Origin: Spirochaetia bacterium
GTDB taxonomy: Bacteria > Spirochaetota > Spirochaetia > SZUA-6 > Bin103
Reading direction: 5' to 3'
Length of the DNA: 64,000 nt
Assembly (NCBI GenBank): GCA_965208575.1
Contig: CBDBOV010000004.1
Coordinates: 1,216,001-1,280,000, forward strand
Positions within the stretch are counted from its first letter, which is position 1. Each line of letters starts with the position of its first letter. The notes beneath the pieces are model-generated. The model made no database searches. It worked only from the letters and a program-made list of their open reading frames with translations, and had not been told where the DNA came from. Positions 11,396 to 22,211 of this stretch are shown here, one piece after another. The position numbers and the translations under genes were made by a program.

Positions 11396-11611
11396 ATTTC
11401 TTGACGCCGACCGTCTGGCTCACGGATATACGGGCGTCAGAGACGCTCAGAAGTCATTTGCCGAGCCGGGTGATGCCGCCCACGCCGCGAGCGGCGCGCA
11501 GGTTGCTGCGGAGCGCACGGAGCGAGGCGCCCCGGACAACTGCACCGAGGTGCGTTGCCCGGGGCAGGGTCATGACAATTCCCCACCGCCGGGACGGGGT
11601 AGGCGACGAGG

Positions 11612-13285
11612 TTGCGACACCGGAGCCGTCGGGATCGAACGGGGCGGAGGAGATGCTGTACCCCGCTGACGGACGGAGGGCGTAGCCCGACCGGAGTCAG
11701 CCGGCGCGGTGCCGTGGAGGCCACCGTGGACGACGCCGAGATGGCGGACCAGGCAGCCAAGCTGCTCGCTTCCGGGATGAGCGGCTCAGCCTGCGCTCGC
11801 GAACTCGGCATCCCGGTGAGCACCTTCAACGAGAACCGCCGCGCCGGCGTCATCACAGATCCCACCCGGGAGCCCGCCGCCAGCGCCGAGGTTGCGCCGG
11901 CGGCCACCACCACTGATCACCCGGTCAGCACCGCCGCCGCGGTCAGCGACCCGGCGGTCGCCACTGAGCGCGCCAGCCGCGACGCCCGCGACAAGCACGC
12001 GCCCATGGGCCGCGCGGCGCGCGACGTGGAACGCCGCACGCTCGCCAGAGCCGGCCTGCTGACCGAGGCCACACCAGCGTTCGTCGAGCCCGCCCACGCG
12101 GTCGCTGGCGGCGGCGTGCTGGCCGCACTGGCGATGCTGCTGCGCGAGGGCCTGCTCACCGCCGCCAACCGCCTGTTCCGCCTGCCGGCCGGATTCTACG
12201 GCCTGACCACCATCCTCCTGTTCGTCGCCTGCATGACCCTGGCCCGGGTGCGCAACCCCGAGAGCCTGCGCTACCAGGCACCCGGCGAGTGGGGCGCCAT
12301 CCTCGGCCTCGACCGCTGTCCGGAGACCAAGACGCTGCGCCGCAAGATCAGGCTGCTGGCCAGCGCCGAGCACACCGTGCGCGATTGGCAATCGGTACTG
12401 GCGCGTACCTGGGCCAGCGAGCACGACGACGACTGGACGACGCTGGCCGTGGATGGCCACGTGAAGGTGTACACCGGGCGCAACGGGCGGTTGCCGAAAC
12501 ACTTCGTCGCACGCCAGAAGCTGTGTCTGCCGGCGTCGGTGAGCTACTGGATCAACGCCCTCGGCGGCGCACCGCTGCTGTGCCTGCACAAGGCGCTGGA
12601 CCCGAAGCCGGTGAATGCGATCAAGCACGACGTGGTGCCGCAGTTGCAGCACCTGGGGGTGGTGACCGAAGCGGCCCCCGACCTGACCGGAGCACCGGCC
12701 GGTACCCCGCAGCTGACCCTGGTGTTCGACCGCGAGGGCTGGAGCCCGGACCTGTTCAAGCGCCTGGCCCGGCGTGGCATCGCCTGCATCACCTGGCACA
12801 AGAACTTCAACGGCGCGGACTGGCTGCCGGAAGACTTCCACACCTTCGAGGTACCGATCCATGGTCCCGCCGGCACCAGCACGACTGCGGTTGATCTGGC
12901 CGAGCAGCCGATCATGCTGCGCAACGGGCTGGTGGTGCGCCAGATCCGGCGGCGTCTGGCCAACGGTCGTCAGGTGGCGGTGATCACCACGCACCCGCAG
13001 ATGCCGTTGGCGCAGGTCGCCGGCGCCATGTTCTCGCGCTGGTCGCAGGAGAACTTCTTCAAGTACCTGCGCGAGCAGTTCAACCTTGACGCGCTGCCGA
13101 GCCATGACCTTGCGCCGCCGGAGCCCGACGCACGGGTCGTGAACCGGTGCGCCGGGCCCTGGAAAAGAGCATCAGGCGGGTACGCAGCCGGCTGGCAGCG
13201 GTCCGCAATCGCCTCGCCGAGGCACTGCAGGGACGGCACCGGGACTCCGCCACCCGGCTTACGGTCGCGGATAAAGTTGCACTGA
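11612..13285 (+). pseudogene. Truncated and frameshifted transposase (HTH plus DDE-like, unclassified family)
   Basis: ARELGIPVST HTH, PGEWGAILGLDRCPE, AVDGHVKVYTG, VFDREGW, RWSQENFFKY; frameshift near 13145; both ends look missing. Confidence 0.75.
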
Positions 13286-13303
13286 ATTGCATGGTTATGC
13301 ATA

Positions 13304-13367
13304 GACACGGGGGTATCCAGACACCACCTCGTGTCGTGGAGGGGCCTTACAGCGCGGCTGAGGCGAC
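13304..13367 (-). repeat. 64-bp hairpin motif, copy 2
   Basis: Direct repeat of 11332-11395, just downstream of the transposase stop at 13428. Confidence 0.85.
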
Positions 13368-13427
13368 GTTTTCTCATCGCTGACCGCCCATTCTCCGATT
13401 ATCGACCGTCAGACCCGCCTGAGAGGG

Positions 13428-14702
13428 TCATTTTGCCGTGCGACCGCTGCCACCACGCTCCTCGCTCGGTGTTTGCACCGTGCTTGGTGCGGCCTTGGCG
13501 GTCTTGCTGACGTTCAGCTGCAGCAGATCCTCGGTCAACCTGGTCAGCTCGCGCTTGAGGGCGACCGGATTCAACGTCGCGTACTGCTGCTTGAGGCGGT
13601 TCTTCACCTTCTCGCTCACCGACTCGGAGGCCAGCATGCGGTGATACGGCGTCTGCGGGTCGTCATAGATGCGGCGCACCTTGCTGCCGGTGCGGGTTTT
13701 CTTCACCAGCTTCACCGAGGGATAGAAGAAGTTCACCAGCAGGCACAGCGGGCGGTATATCGCGTTGAGGGCAGCCAGTTCCCGGTCGGTGTCGTAACGC
13801 AGGTGGCCGACCGCCCGTCGCACCACGTGGCCATTCTTCTGCTCGACGTAGCAGGTGTCGTTCTTGCGATGCGGGCGACCCCGAGTGAACGTGATGCCGT
13901 GCGCTTCGCAATAGCGCAGCAAATGATGATTGATGAACTCGCTGCCGTTGTCGGTGTCGATCCCCCGCATCACGATCGGCAGGCTCTGCCGGGCAGCGTC
14001 GATCGCCTCGTGGGTCCAGCGCTGCGCCTTGTTCTGCACGCCGTACAGGTCGACCCAGCCGGTGTCAACGTCGGTGATGGTGAGCGTGTGGCAGAAGTCG
14101 CCTGACGCGTTGCCGCCTTCATGGCCCACCAAGTCGATCTCGAAGAAGCCCGGCTCCTGCTCGTCCCAGTCAGCGAAGGTTCGGATCGCGATCTGATCCT
14201 TCAGGAGGGTGCCCGGCTTGGTGTGCGTGCGACCCTTCAGGCGCAGCCGTGCGCGCTCCTGCTGCAGCAGCCGGTCGATGGTCGCGGCGCTGATGGTCTG
14301 CAGCTTGCCGCGCACCGCTGCGGTCAGCTCGATCTCGCCGAACGACTCCAGCGTCGGCAGCATGGTGCGCAGCACGACCACCAGGCGCTTGCCGCACATG
14401 CAGTCGAACACGTACCAGATCAGCTTCAGAGCGACCAGCACCTCCTGGTCGTAGCGCCGCGGTCGCACGCGGCGCTGGGCAGGCCGCGGACGCCCGACCA
14501 CCAGCTTCACCAGTGTGCCGTCGACTCGCACCATGCGGGTCCGTCCCCACCAGGTCAACAGATGGATCGCGTACTTGCGCTGGTACCCGGTCGACTCGAC
14601 GAACTCGTCGAGTATGCGCCCCTTCTCCTTCTTGCCCGCCCGACGATACCGCTGCGCGTGCTGCTCGGTGAGCTCTCGCCTTGAACTCATCTTCAACCCC
14701 AT
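13428..14702 (-). CDS. DDE integrase-core transposase (ISNCY/IS481-like)
   Basis: RYRRAGKKEKGRILDEF, PGFFEIDLVGH, DTDNGSEFIN, YVEQKN. Confidence 0.9.
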   Translation of the reverse strand: MGLKMSSRRELTEQHAQRYRRAGKKEKGRILDEFVESTGYQRKYAIHLLTWWGRTRMVRVDGTLVKLVVGRPRPAQRRVRPRRYDQEVLVALKLIWYVFDCMCGKRLVVVLRTMLPTLESFGEIELTAAVRGKLQTISAATIDRLLQQERARLRLKGRTHTKPGTLLKDQIAIRTFADWDEQEPGFFEIDLVGHEGGNASGDFCHTLTITDVDTGWVDLYGVQNKAQRWTHEAIDAARQSLPIVMRGIDTDNGSEFINHHLLRYCEAHGITFTRGRPHRKNDTCYVEQKNGHVVRRAVGHLRYDTDRELAALNAIYRPLCLLVNFFYPSVKLVKKTRTGSKVRRIYDDPQTPYHRMLASESVSEKVKNRLKQQYATLNPVALKRELTRLTEDLLQLNVSKTAKAAPSTVQTPSEERGGSGRTAK

Positions 14703-14768
14703 CTCCTCCGGAACCTCCTCACGTCCCTCGGAGAGGCTCCAACCGGACCCGGAAGGTCCAGCCCGTTC

Positions 14769-14824
14769 GGTTAGATTTTTAGATGAGGCATGCTTTCGCT
14801 ACGGTTAGATTTTCGATGAGTCAA
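14769..14824. repeat. Terminal inverted repeat, two subrepeats (14769-14790, 14803-14824)
   Basis: GGTTAGATTTT..ATGAG(G/T)CA twice, inverse of 11038-11094. Confidence 0.85.
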
Positions 14825-14878
14825 TGCGCGCTGTTGACGCGGGCGGCGCTCGGCGCGATGCTGGACGGCGAGACCGAC

Positions 14879-15739
14879 ATGTTGACTGCAAAGCAGGTAC
14901 GGCAGTACCACGACGACGGCTACCTGGCGGTACCGGATGTTCTCAGCGGCGACGAGGTCGCGGAACTGCAGCGTGTGACCGACGAGCTGGTGGAAGCCAG
15001 CCGGAACGTCGGCGCGCACACCGAACTATACGACCTGGAACCGAGCCACTCACCCGCCGAGCCGCGTGTGCGGCGCCTCAAGAGTCCCAACCTTCACCAC
15101 GACGTATACGACCGCACGCTGCGCCACGCCGCCATCGTCGCGATCGTGGATCAACTCATCGGCCCCGGCGTGCGCTACCAGTCCACCAAGCTGAACATGA
15201 AGTCGGCCGGTTACGGGAGCCCGGTGGAGTGGCACCAGGACTGGGCGTTCTACCCGCACACCAACGACGACATCCTGGCGGTGGGCGTGGCCATCGACGC
15301 CATGACCGAGGACAACGGCGCCATGATGGTGGTGCCGGGCAGCCACCGCGGGCCGCTGTACGATCACCACCAGGACGGCTACTTCGTGGGCGCCGTGACC
15401 GACCGCGACGTGGACCCGGGGGAGGCGGTGCTGCTGGAGGTTCCGGCCGGCGGCATCTCCCTGCACCACGTGCGCACCCTGCACGGCTCGGCCCCCAACC
15501 GGTCGTCGCGGCCGCGACGGCTGCTGCTGCTGGAAATGTGCGCCGTCGATGCCTGGCCGCTGGCGAGGCCGGTGGAGTGGGAGTCGTTCAACGGCCGCAT
15601 TCTGCGCGGCGCGCCGACCAACACGCCGCGGGTCACGCCGGTGCCGGTGCGCATCCCCCTGCCCAACCATGAGCGCCAGGGATCGATCTACGAGGTGCAG
15701 AGCAAGCTGGCCGACCCGGTCCTCGCGGGAGCCGGATAG
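14879..15739 (+). CDS. PhyH family dioxygenase
   Basis: YHDDGYL, WHQD, VPGSH, HGSAPN..R. Confidence 0.92.
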   Translation: MLTAKQVRQYHDDGYLAVPDVLSGDEVAELQRVTDELVEASRNVGAHTELYDLEPSHSPAEPRVRRLKSPNLHHDVYDRTLRHAAIVAIVDQLIGPGVRYQSTKLNMKSAGYGSPVEWHQDWAFYPHTNDDILAVGVAIDAMTEDNGAMMVVPGSHRGPLYDHHQDGYFVGAVTDRDVDPGEAVLLEVPAGGISLHHVRTLHGSAPNRSSRPRRLLLLEMCAVDAWPLARPVEWESFNGRILRGAPTNTPRVTPVPVRIPLPNHERQGSIYEVQSKLADPVLAGAG

Positions 15740-15746
15740 CAGCCGC

Positions 15747-17825
15747 TCAGCCCGCGACGGCGCAATTCACGTCCACCGTCACCGGGGCGGCGACGGTGCG
15801 GCGCAGTTGCACCAGCATGCCGGCCGGGGCCGGCCACCGCTGCCAACGGAACTCCGTGCCCACCGTCAGCGGGGCGCCGTCCACCATGCACGCGACGGCC
15901 TCCGGCCTGCCGACGGCCGCTGCCGCCGCGCACGTGTCGCCGGCAATCGCGGCATCCTGGTCGCGCCCGGCGCCCGGACCGCTGATCAGGAATACCGGCT
16001 GCGCGCGCGCGACCGGCCCGGGGTCGAAGGTGAAGCGGGATTGCCCGGCCACCGCCTGCAGGCGGTAGGCGCCGATGGCGCGGTCGAAACCGCCGGCGAG
16101 CGCGGCCCGGTCGGCCGGCTGCTCGCGTTCCGCGTCCGCGTCGAGCAGTGCGCCGCGGTGGGCGGTCAGCCGCGCTGGCACCTGGAACTGGTCGCGCAAC
16201 AGCAGGGCGGCGGCCTCCGCGGCAGCCGTGTGCGCGGTCGCCAGCCAGCTTACCGCGATCCAGAAGCCGTACTCGACGCCGGGTACGGTGGGTGCGACGC
16301 GCAGGCCGTAGCTGGCGGTGAGGCCGCGCGGGCAACGCCAGCCGAGTACCCGTCCCGGCGCAGCGCCGCCGACGTGGCTGAGCCCGCCGAGCGCGGCAAC
16401 CAGGTGCCAGGCAGCGCCAGCCACCCGCAACGGGAACACCAGCGCCGCGGGGTAGAGACGTGCGCAGGCGCCGGCGGCGAGCGTTGCCGTCAGGCCGCCC
16501 GCCGGCAGCTCCCAGGCGGCAAAGGAGCGCTCTTCGGCGGCGGCGATCCGCGCCGGCCCGCTCATGGCGCGCCCGAGCAGGTCGAAATCGGGCCCCACGC
16601 TGCGCCGCACCCGCACCGCCGCCCAGTCCGCCACCACCAGGCGGTCGTCGTAGCACACCGCGTGGCCGCGCGCGTAGCCGCGCACGTCGGCGTCCTGGTC
16701 GACGAAGCGCGGCATCGGTCCGCGCCAGCGCACCAGGTCGGCCACCGCGCCGCGCGCGAGCAGATCGAGCGCCGCCCCCTGCGTGAACTTGATCTCGGAG
16801 CCGCCGATGTGCCCCACCTGCAGGCCGCTCTCCCAGAACACGTTGTTGCGTGGATCGAGGCGCGCCGGCTGCTGCCCGGGGTCGGCGCACAGGTGGAGTT
16901 GGTGGACGTTGCCGGGCCGCACCACCGCCGCGTAGGCGCCGCGCCGCACCTCGTGGCGCGCCACCCACTGGCTGGACACCACGCCGAACGAGTGCCACAC
17001 CGCCGCCGCGGGACCGGCCTCGGCAAACAGGCCGACGATCTCCACGCCGGCCATGAAGCCGTCCTCGGCGCCCAGCAGCACGGCGCCGTCCAGCAGCACC
17101 TCGTGGCGCGTACCGTTGAAGTGCCAGCGCAACTCGCGCGGCGCCGCGGGCTCCGCGGCGGCCCGGGCCTGCGCCAGCGTACGCGGGCCGTGTTCGGGAT
17201 CGGCATCCGCGGCGCGCCGCAGCAGGCGCACGGCCAGGTGGCCGCGGCGGCTGCACAACTCCAGGCGCAGGTGGTGGGCGTCGTTGTAGTGGCGCGCGAT
17301 CAGCCCCCAGCGTTGCGGTGCCGGCGCAGCCGGCGCCGTGAAGCACGCCGTCACCGTGGCGTGCATGGCCGCGTCCACGAACAGGTAGGAGCACTCGCCC
17401 GGCCGGTCCGCCGCACCGCGCTCCGCGCCGTCGCGTCCCCGCCCGCCGGCTGCGCCGTCCGGCGCGATGCCGGCGGGCCCGCCGTCGCTTGCGCGCCACG
17501 CGCCGTCCCGGTGCCAGGCGGTGCCCGGCGGCATCCAGTCCGCCGGGGCCGCGTCGAAACGCGCCTCGATGCGGCGCCGTGCGACCACCTCGACCGCGCC
17601 GTCGGCGCCGGGTGCGCGGTAATGACCGGGCGGCAGTACGCTCCAGCCCCGGCCCGGTCCGCCGAAGCGGCCGTCGCGCACGTCCACGCACACCGCCGCG
17701 CGTCCGGCCGCGAGCGGATGGCTGCGCCACACCGCGCGGCCGGCGCCATCCGACACCACCACCACCTGTCCAGGCGTCGCCCCGCCGGGCAGCAGCAGCG
17801 TGGGGTTGCCGTGGCCGCTCGTCAT
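15747..17825 (-). CDS. Hypothetical protein (692 aa)
   Basis: Long ORF with protein-like composition that fills the gap; no family recognised. Confidence 0.65.
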   Translation of the reverse strand: MTSGHGNPTLLLPGGATPGQVVVVSDGAGRAVWRSHPLAAGRAAVCVDVRDGRFGGPGRGWSVLPPGHYRAPGADGAVEVVARRRIEARFDAAPADWMPPGTAWHRDGAWRASDGGPAGIAPDGAAGGRGRDGAERGAADRPGECSYLFVDAAMHATVTACFTAPAAPAPQRWGLIARHYNDAHHLRLELCSRRGHLAVRLLRRAADADPEHGPRTLAQARAAAEPAAPRELRWHFNGTRHEVLLDGAVLLGAEDGFMAGVEIVGLFAEAGPAAAVWHSFGVVSSQWVARHEVRRGAYAAVVRPGNVHQLHLCADPGQQPARLDPRNNVFWESGLQVGHIGGSEIKFTQGAALDLLARGAVADLVRWRGPMPRFVDQDADVRGYARGHAVCYDDRLVVADWAAVRVRRSVGPDFDLLGRAMSGPARIAAAEERSFAAWELPAGGLTATLAAGACARLYPAALVFPLRVAGAAWHLVAALGGLSHVGGAAPGRVLGWRCPRGLTASYGLRVAPTVPGVEYGFWIAVSWLATAHTAAAEAAALLLRDQFQVPARLTAHRGALLDADAEREQPADRAALAGGFDRAIGAYRLQAVAGQSRFTFDPGPVARAQPVFLISGPGAGRDQDAAIAGDTCAAAAAVGRPEAVACMVDGAPLTVGTEFRWQRWPAPAGMLVQLRRTVAAPVTVDVNCAVAG

Positions 17826-17976
17826 CCGCCGGCTCCGTCACGGCGGCCGATCCGGGCGCTCCGTCCGGTGCGGTTGCTTCGGCCGCCGCGGGCGCACCGG
17901 GCGTGATTTGCACAGCGCGCCGGAATCGCGTAACGTGCTTTCATATCGCTTGATCGGAACGACGGGAGGTCGCAAA

Positions 17977-18216
17977 GTGGCTGAAATCTCCGAAATCATC
18001 CTGAGTGAGATCGAAGGGAGCGGCATCGACGCCTCGGACCTGGGGGTGGAGATCCAGCGTGGCAAGGGCCTGTTCAATCGTCGCAAGGTGCTCAACGTGT
18101 TCGGCGCAGTTCATTCGGAACCCGACCATCAGGCGGTGATGCGGGTCGCGCAGCGCCATGCCGGCGACAACTACGACGTCACCGACTCGGTAGCCGTGCA
18201 CCCTCGCAAGCACTAG
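17977..18216 (+). CDS. Small hypothetical protein, possibly BON-like
   Basis: GGAGGT RBS before GTG; V..FGAV.S...V.D.V.V pattern. Confidence 0.6.
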   Translation: MAEISEIILSEIEGSGIDASDLGVEIQRGKGLFNRRKVLNVFGAVHSEPDHQAVMRVAQRHAGDNYDVTDSVAVHPRKH

Positions 18217-19712
18217 GCCTCGCTCACCGCATCCTCGGTCACGGCCGCCGGTAACGCCATGCGCGCGTACTGTTCGGGCGGCGCGGCACAGGCGGCGAAG
18301 TGGCGTGCCATCGCCGTGCACAGTCGCTGTTCCACGGCGGCGTCCCGAAGCGCGCGCTGCTGGCTTGGGTCGGCCTGCACGTCGAACAGCAGGTGGCCGG
18401 GCGGGTGCGCCGCATCTGGAAAGGCGGGCTCCCAGCGCGGCCGTCCGCCCACCTTCAACAGCGGCATCTGCTTGCTGAACGGGAACGGCGGCGCCAGTTC
18501 CGCCTGCTCCAGGTTGGCCTTGAAGCCGCGCATCGCGGTGGGCATCAGCGTGTAAGCGTCGGCGCTCGGGCCGTCCACGCTCGGTATGCGCAGGTAGACG
18601 TAGCGCCCGTCGGTAATGTTCACGTGCTGATTGAAGTAGCCGAAGATCGCCGTGTCCCGCACCGCCCGGTCGCCGGCCACCACCCCGGCCAGGTCGTGGC
18701 CGAGCATATCGGGCGTCGGCTGCAGGCCGAACAGCCCGAGCAGCGTCGGCCCGATATCGATGGCCGGCTGCACCAGGGCGCTGCGCCGCGTGCCGGCCGC
18801 GTCCGGGCTGCGCGGATCCCACAGGAAGAACGGCGTGTGGCTCACCTGTTCGTAGAGCGGCATCCAGTTCTTCGCCCAAGCGTTGTGCTCGCCGAGCAGG
18901 AAGCCGTGATCGGTCCACAGGATCAGCATGGTGTCGCGCCACAGGTCGTAGGCATCGAACGCGTCCAGGATGTCGCCCAGCGAGGCGTCGCACTTGGACA
19001 GCAGGGCGGCGTAGTTGCGCCGCGCCTCTTCCACCTGCTCGGGCGTTTCCTGCACGGGCCGGTAGGCGGGCCAGTCGAACAGCGGCCCATCGTAGTCGGT
19101 CGGGTAGTGGTCGCGGTAGCTGCGATGCACGGTGAACGGCTCGTGCGGATCGAAGCACTCCACGTGCAGGAACCAGTTGTCCTCGCCGTGGTTGCGGTGC
19201 AGGAACTGCTGCGCGGCGGCGAAGGTGCGCGTTTGCGAGAATTGCCGGTCGGCGCGCACGTGCTGGCGGTTGACCCAGTCGGAGCGCTTGCCGCGCGGGT
19301 TGAGGGTTGCCGGCAGCGGCGGCTCGGCCACCTGGCCGATGAACGGGTCGCCCTCCTGGCCGCGGTAGAACTCCCACGACGAGTAGCGGTTGTGATAGGT
19401 GGCGCCGCCGTCCTCCCAGTAGTGGTAGTGGTCGGAGGCCAGGTGGGTGTACACGCCGGCGCGGCCGAGCATCTCGGGCACCGAGTCGTCGAACGGCTCC
19501 AGCGGACCCCACGGCGCGTGCAGGAAGTTGGGCCGGCCGGTGTGGAAGTCGCGCCGTGCCGGCATGCACGGCATGGAGCAGATGTACGAGCTGTCGAAGG
19601 TGGCCGCGCGCCGCGCCAGGCGGGCGAAGTTGGGGGCATGCGTCCAGTCGCACCCGTACGGCGGCAGCAGGTGGCGGTTCAGGGAGTCGAACATGATCAT
19701 CACGGCTTTCAT
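18213..19712 (-). CDS. Sulfatase (Cys-type)
   Basis: DSL, CMPAR, DPHEP, TDHG..GEH. Confidence 0.92.
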   Translation of the reverse strand: MKAVMIMFDSLNRHLLPPYGCDWTHAPNFARLARRAATFDSSYICSMPCMPARRDFHTGRPNFLHAPWGPLEPFDDSVPEMLGRAGVYTHLASDHYHYWEDGGATYHNRYSSWEFYRGQEGDPFIGQVAEPPLPATLNPRGKRSDWVNRQHVRADRQFSQTRTFAAAQQFLHRNHGEDNWFLHVECFDPHEPFTVHRSYRDHYPTDYDGPLFDWPAYRPVQETPEQVEEARRNYAALLSKCDASLGDILDAFDAYDLWRDTMLILWTDHGFLLGEHNAWAKNWMPLYEQVSHTPFFLWDPRSPDAAGTRRSALVQPAIDIGPTLLGLFGLQPTPDMLGHDLAGVVAGDRAVRDTAIFGYFNQHVNITDGRYVYLRIPSVDGPSADAYTLMPTAMRGFKANLEQAELAPPFPFSKQMPLLKVGGRPRWEPAFPDAAHPPGHLLFDVQADPSQQRALRDAAVEQRLCTAMARHFAACAAPPEQYARMALPAAVTEDAVSEA

Positions 19713-19838
19713 GGCCGGCAGCGTAGCACGCATGCCGGCTGATCGTGCGCGTCCCCGCACGGCGCCCGCCGAAGGGTCGCGGCGGCGTCACCGGAGACGG
19801 TTGACGAGGCGCAGCCGGGCGACTCAGGATCGGCCGCG

Positions 19839-20402
19839 ATGAGCGAGCGCTATACCGAGGAGTGGGTGGCCAGCCTGCTGGACGTCGACGAGCGGTTCGG
19901 CGCGGCCGGACCGGGAGAACTGCTGGCCGGGGTGGCGCCCGGCGCCACGGTGGTGGACTACGGCTGCGGTCCGGGCTACTTCACCCTGGCCGCCGCGCGC
20001 CTGGCCGGCCCGGAGGGCGCAGTGTACGCCGTCGACCTGGAGCCGCGCATGGTGGAACTGGTGCGCCGCCGCGCGGCCGAGGCGGGCCTGGCAAACGTGA
20101 CCGCGGTCGCCGGCGACGGCGCGCGCGCCGACCTCCCCGACGCCATCGCCGACTACATCATCTGCGTACAGATCATGCACTATGTAGATGGCCGCGACGC
20201 CCGGGTAGCCGTTTGCCACGACCTGCACCGCCTGCTGAAGCCCGGCGGGCGCGTGCTGGTGGCGCAATGGAAGCCGAAGCGCGCCACCGGTCTGGCCTAC
20301 GAAGACCTGAGCGCGATCATGGGCGCCGCCGGCCTGGCCGTCTCCGGCGCCCGTTCAATAACCGACGACCTGTACTACACCGTCGCCCGGCGGCGTCCCT
20401 AG
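19839..20402 (+). CDS. Class I SAM-dependent methyltransferase
   Basis: VVDYGCGPG, VYAVD, RLLKPGG. Confidence 0.9.
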   Translation: MSERYTEEWVASLLDVDERFGAAGPGELLAGVAPGATVVDYGCGPGYFTLAAARLAGPEGAVYAVDLEPRMVELVRRRAAEAGLANVTAVAGDGARADLPDAIADYIICVQIMHYVDGRDARVAVCHDLHRLLKPGGRVLVAQWKPKRATGLAYEDLSAIMGAAGLAVSGARSITDDLYYTVARRRP

Positions 20403-20539
20403 GCTAGCCTGGCGCTCCATACCGGAGTGGGCTGCGACACAAGAAGCCGCCGGCGGCGCTGGTGTCATATCGGACAGCCCAGCCCTTCGGGTCACTTCCG
20501 GCTCTTCACCCGTAGCGTTAACCGGCCGCGGCGAGGGTG

Positions 20540-22174
20540 TTATATCGGACAGATCAGGGCGCCGAGCTGCTCCATCATGCGCAGGTTCTCGGTGTAGTCC
20601 ACCGGACAGTCGATCACCGCCGGCCGCCCGCAGGCGAGCGCCTCGCGCAGGATCGGCTGCAGTTCGCCGGCGGCCGCCACCCGGTAGCCGGCGGCGCCGA
20701 AGCTCTCCGCGTAGCGCACGAAATCGGGGTTGCCGAACCGGATGTGCGAGGTACGCCCGAACTTGCGCTGCTGCTTCATGCCGATCAGGCTGTAGCTGTC
20801 GTCGTGAAAGATCAGGGTGACGAACGCGACTCCCTCGCGCACGGCGGTCTCCAGCTCCTGGGAATTCATCAGGAAGCCGCCGTCGCCGGTGACGGTGACC
20901 ACGTTGCGCTCCGGGTAGAGCAGCTTGGCGGCGATGGCGCCCGGCACGCCGATCCCCATTGAGGCGAAGCCGTTGGAGATGATGCAGGTGTTCGGCCGGT
21001 AGCAGGGGTAGAAGCGCGCGATCCACATCTTGTGGGCGCCGACGTCGGACACCACGATGTCATCGGGGCCGAGCACCGCGCGCAGGTCGTTCAGGACCCG
21101 CTGCGGCTTCATGGGAAACGAGGTGTCGGTGCGGAACTCGTCGCGCTCGTGCAGAATGATGCGGCGCAGCCCACTGGCATAGCCGTCGCTCTGGGACGGT
21201 CGTGCCAGCTCCGCGATGCGCTGCAGGGAGAGCGCGATGTCGCCCAACACGCCGACTGCGACGACGTAGTGCTCGTCCACTTCCGCGGGGAGCTGGTCCA
21301 CGTGGATGATCTTCTTGTCGCCGTCGGGGTTCCAGCGTTCCGGCGCGTATTCGACCAGGTCGTAGCCGACCGCGATCACCACGTCGGCGCGGTCGAAGCC
21401 GCACGACACGTAGTCGCGCGCCTGCAGGCCGCAGGTCAGCAGCGAAAGGTCGTGGTCGTCGCGCAGCACCCCCTTGCCCATGAAGGTCTCGGCGACCGGG
21501 ATGTTGAGCTGTTCCGCGAACCGGGTGAGCGCGCCGGCGGCCGCCTGCCGCACCACCCCGTTGCCGGCCAGGATGATCGGCGACCGTGCCGCGGAGATGA
21601 TCTCGGCGGCGGTGGCGATCTGCGCCTCCGGGGGCTCGGGGCGCGGGGGCGCCTGCGGCAGCAGCGGTGCGCCGGCGACCTGCTCCTCGGCGACATCCTC
21701 CGGAAAGTCGATGTGGGTGGCGCCCGGCTTCTCGGTCTGCGCCACCTTGAACGCCTTGCGCACGATCTCGGGGATGATGCGCGCGGTCTTGATCTGGGCG
21801 TTCCACTTGGTGACCGGGCGGAAGGTCTCCACCACGTCGATGTGCTGGTGCGACTCCTTGTGCATGCGGTCGAGCGACGCCTGTCCGGTAATCGCCACCA
21901 CCGCACCGCCGTCCATGTTGGCGTCGGCCACGCCGGTGACCAGGTTGGTGGCGCCGGGACCGAGGGTCGCCAGGCACACGCCGGCGCGCGCGCTCAGGCG
22001 GCCGTAGACGTCGGCCATGAACGCCCCACCCTGCTCGTGGCGCACGCCGACGAAGCGGATGGCGGAGTCGAGCAGCGCATCCATCACGTCGATGTTCTCC
22101 TCGCCGGGAATGCCGAATATGAACTGCACCTGCTCGTTCTCCAGGCAGCGGACCATCAGTTCGGAAGCTTTCAT
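20540..22174 (-). CDS. Acetolactate synthase large subunit (ThDP enzyme)
   Basis: FGIPGEE, RHEQGGAFMAD, TLGPGATN, GDGGF. Confidence 0.92.
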   Translation of the reverse strand: MKASELMVRCLENEQVQFIFGIPGEENIDVMDALLDSAIRFVGVRHEQGGAFMADVYGRLSARAGVCLATLGPGATNLVTGVADANMDGGAVVAITGQASLDRMHKESHQHIDVVETFRPVTKWNAQIKTARIIPEIVRKAFKVAQTEKPGATHIDFPEDVAEEQVAGAPLLPQAPPRPEPPEAQIATAAEIISAARSPIILAGNGVVRQAAAGALTRFAEQLNIPVAETFMGKGVLRDDHDLSLLTCGLQARDYVSCGFDRADVVIAVGYDLVEYAPERWNPDGDKKIIHVDQLPAEVDEHYVVAVGVLGDIALSLQRIAELARPSQSDGYASGLRRIILHERDEFRTDTSFPMKPQRVLNDLRAVLGPDDIVVSDVGAHKMWIARFYPCYRPNTCIISNGFASMGIGVPGAIAAKLLYPERNVVTVTGDGGFLMNSQELETAVREGVAFVTLIFHDDSYSLIGMKQQRKFGRTSHIRFGNPDFVRYAESFGAAGYRVAAAGELQPILREALACGRPAVIDCPVDYTENLRMMEQLGALICPI

Positions 22175-22211
22175 GAGACTCTCCTGTCCATAAGGTAGCG
22201 GCGGTTCGCTG

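Larger units (their letters stand above)
11038..14824 (-). mobile_element. ISNCY/IS481-like (rve integrase) element or composite bounded by double terminal inverted repeats
   Basis: Left end TTGCCTCACGTAAAAATCTAACC resembles the reverse complement of the right end GGTTAGATTTTCGATGAGTCAA; each end has two tandem subrepeats; contains transposase 13428-14702; no TSD found. Confidence 0.75.
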
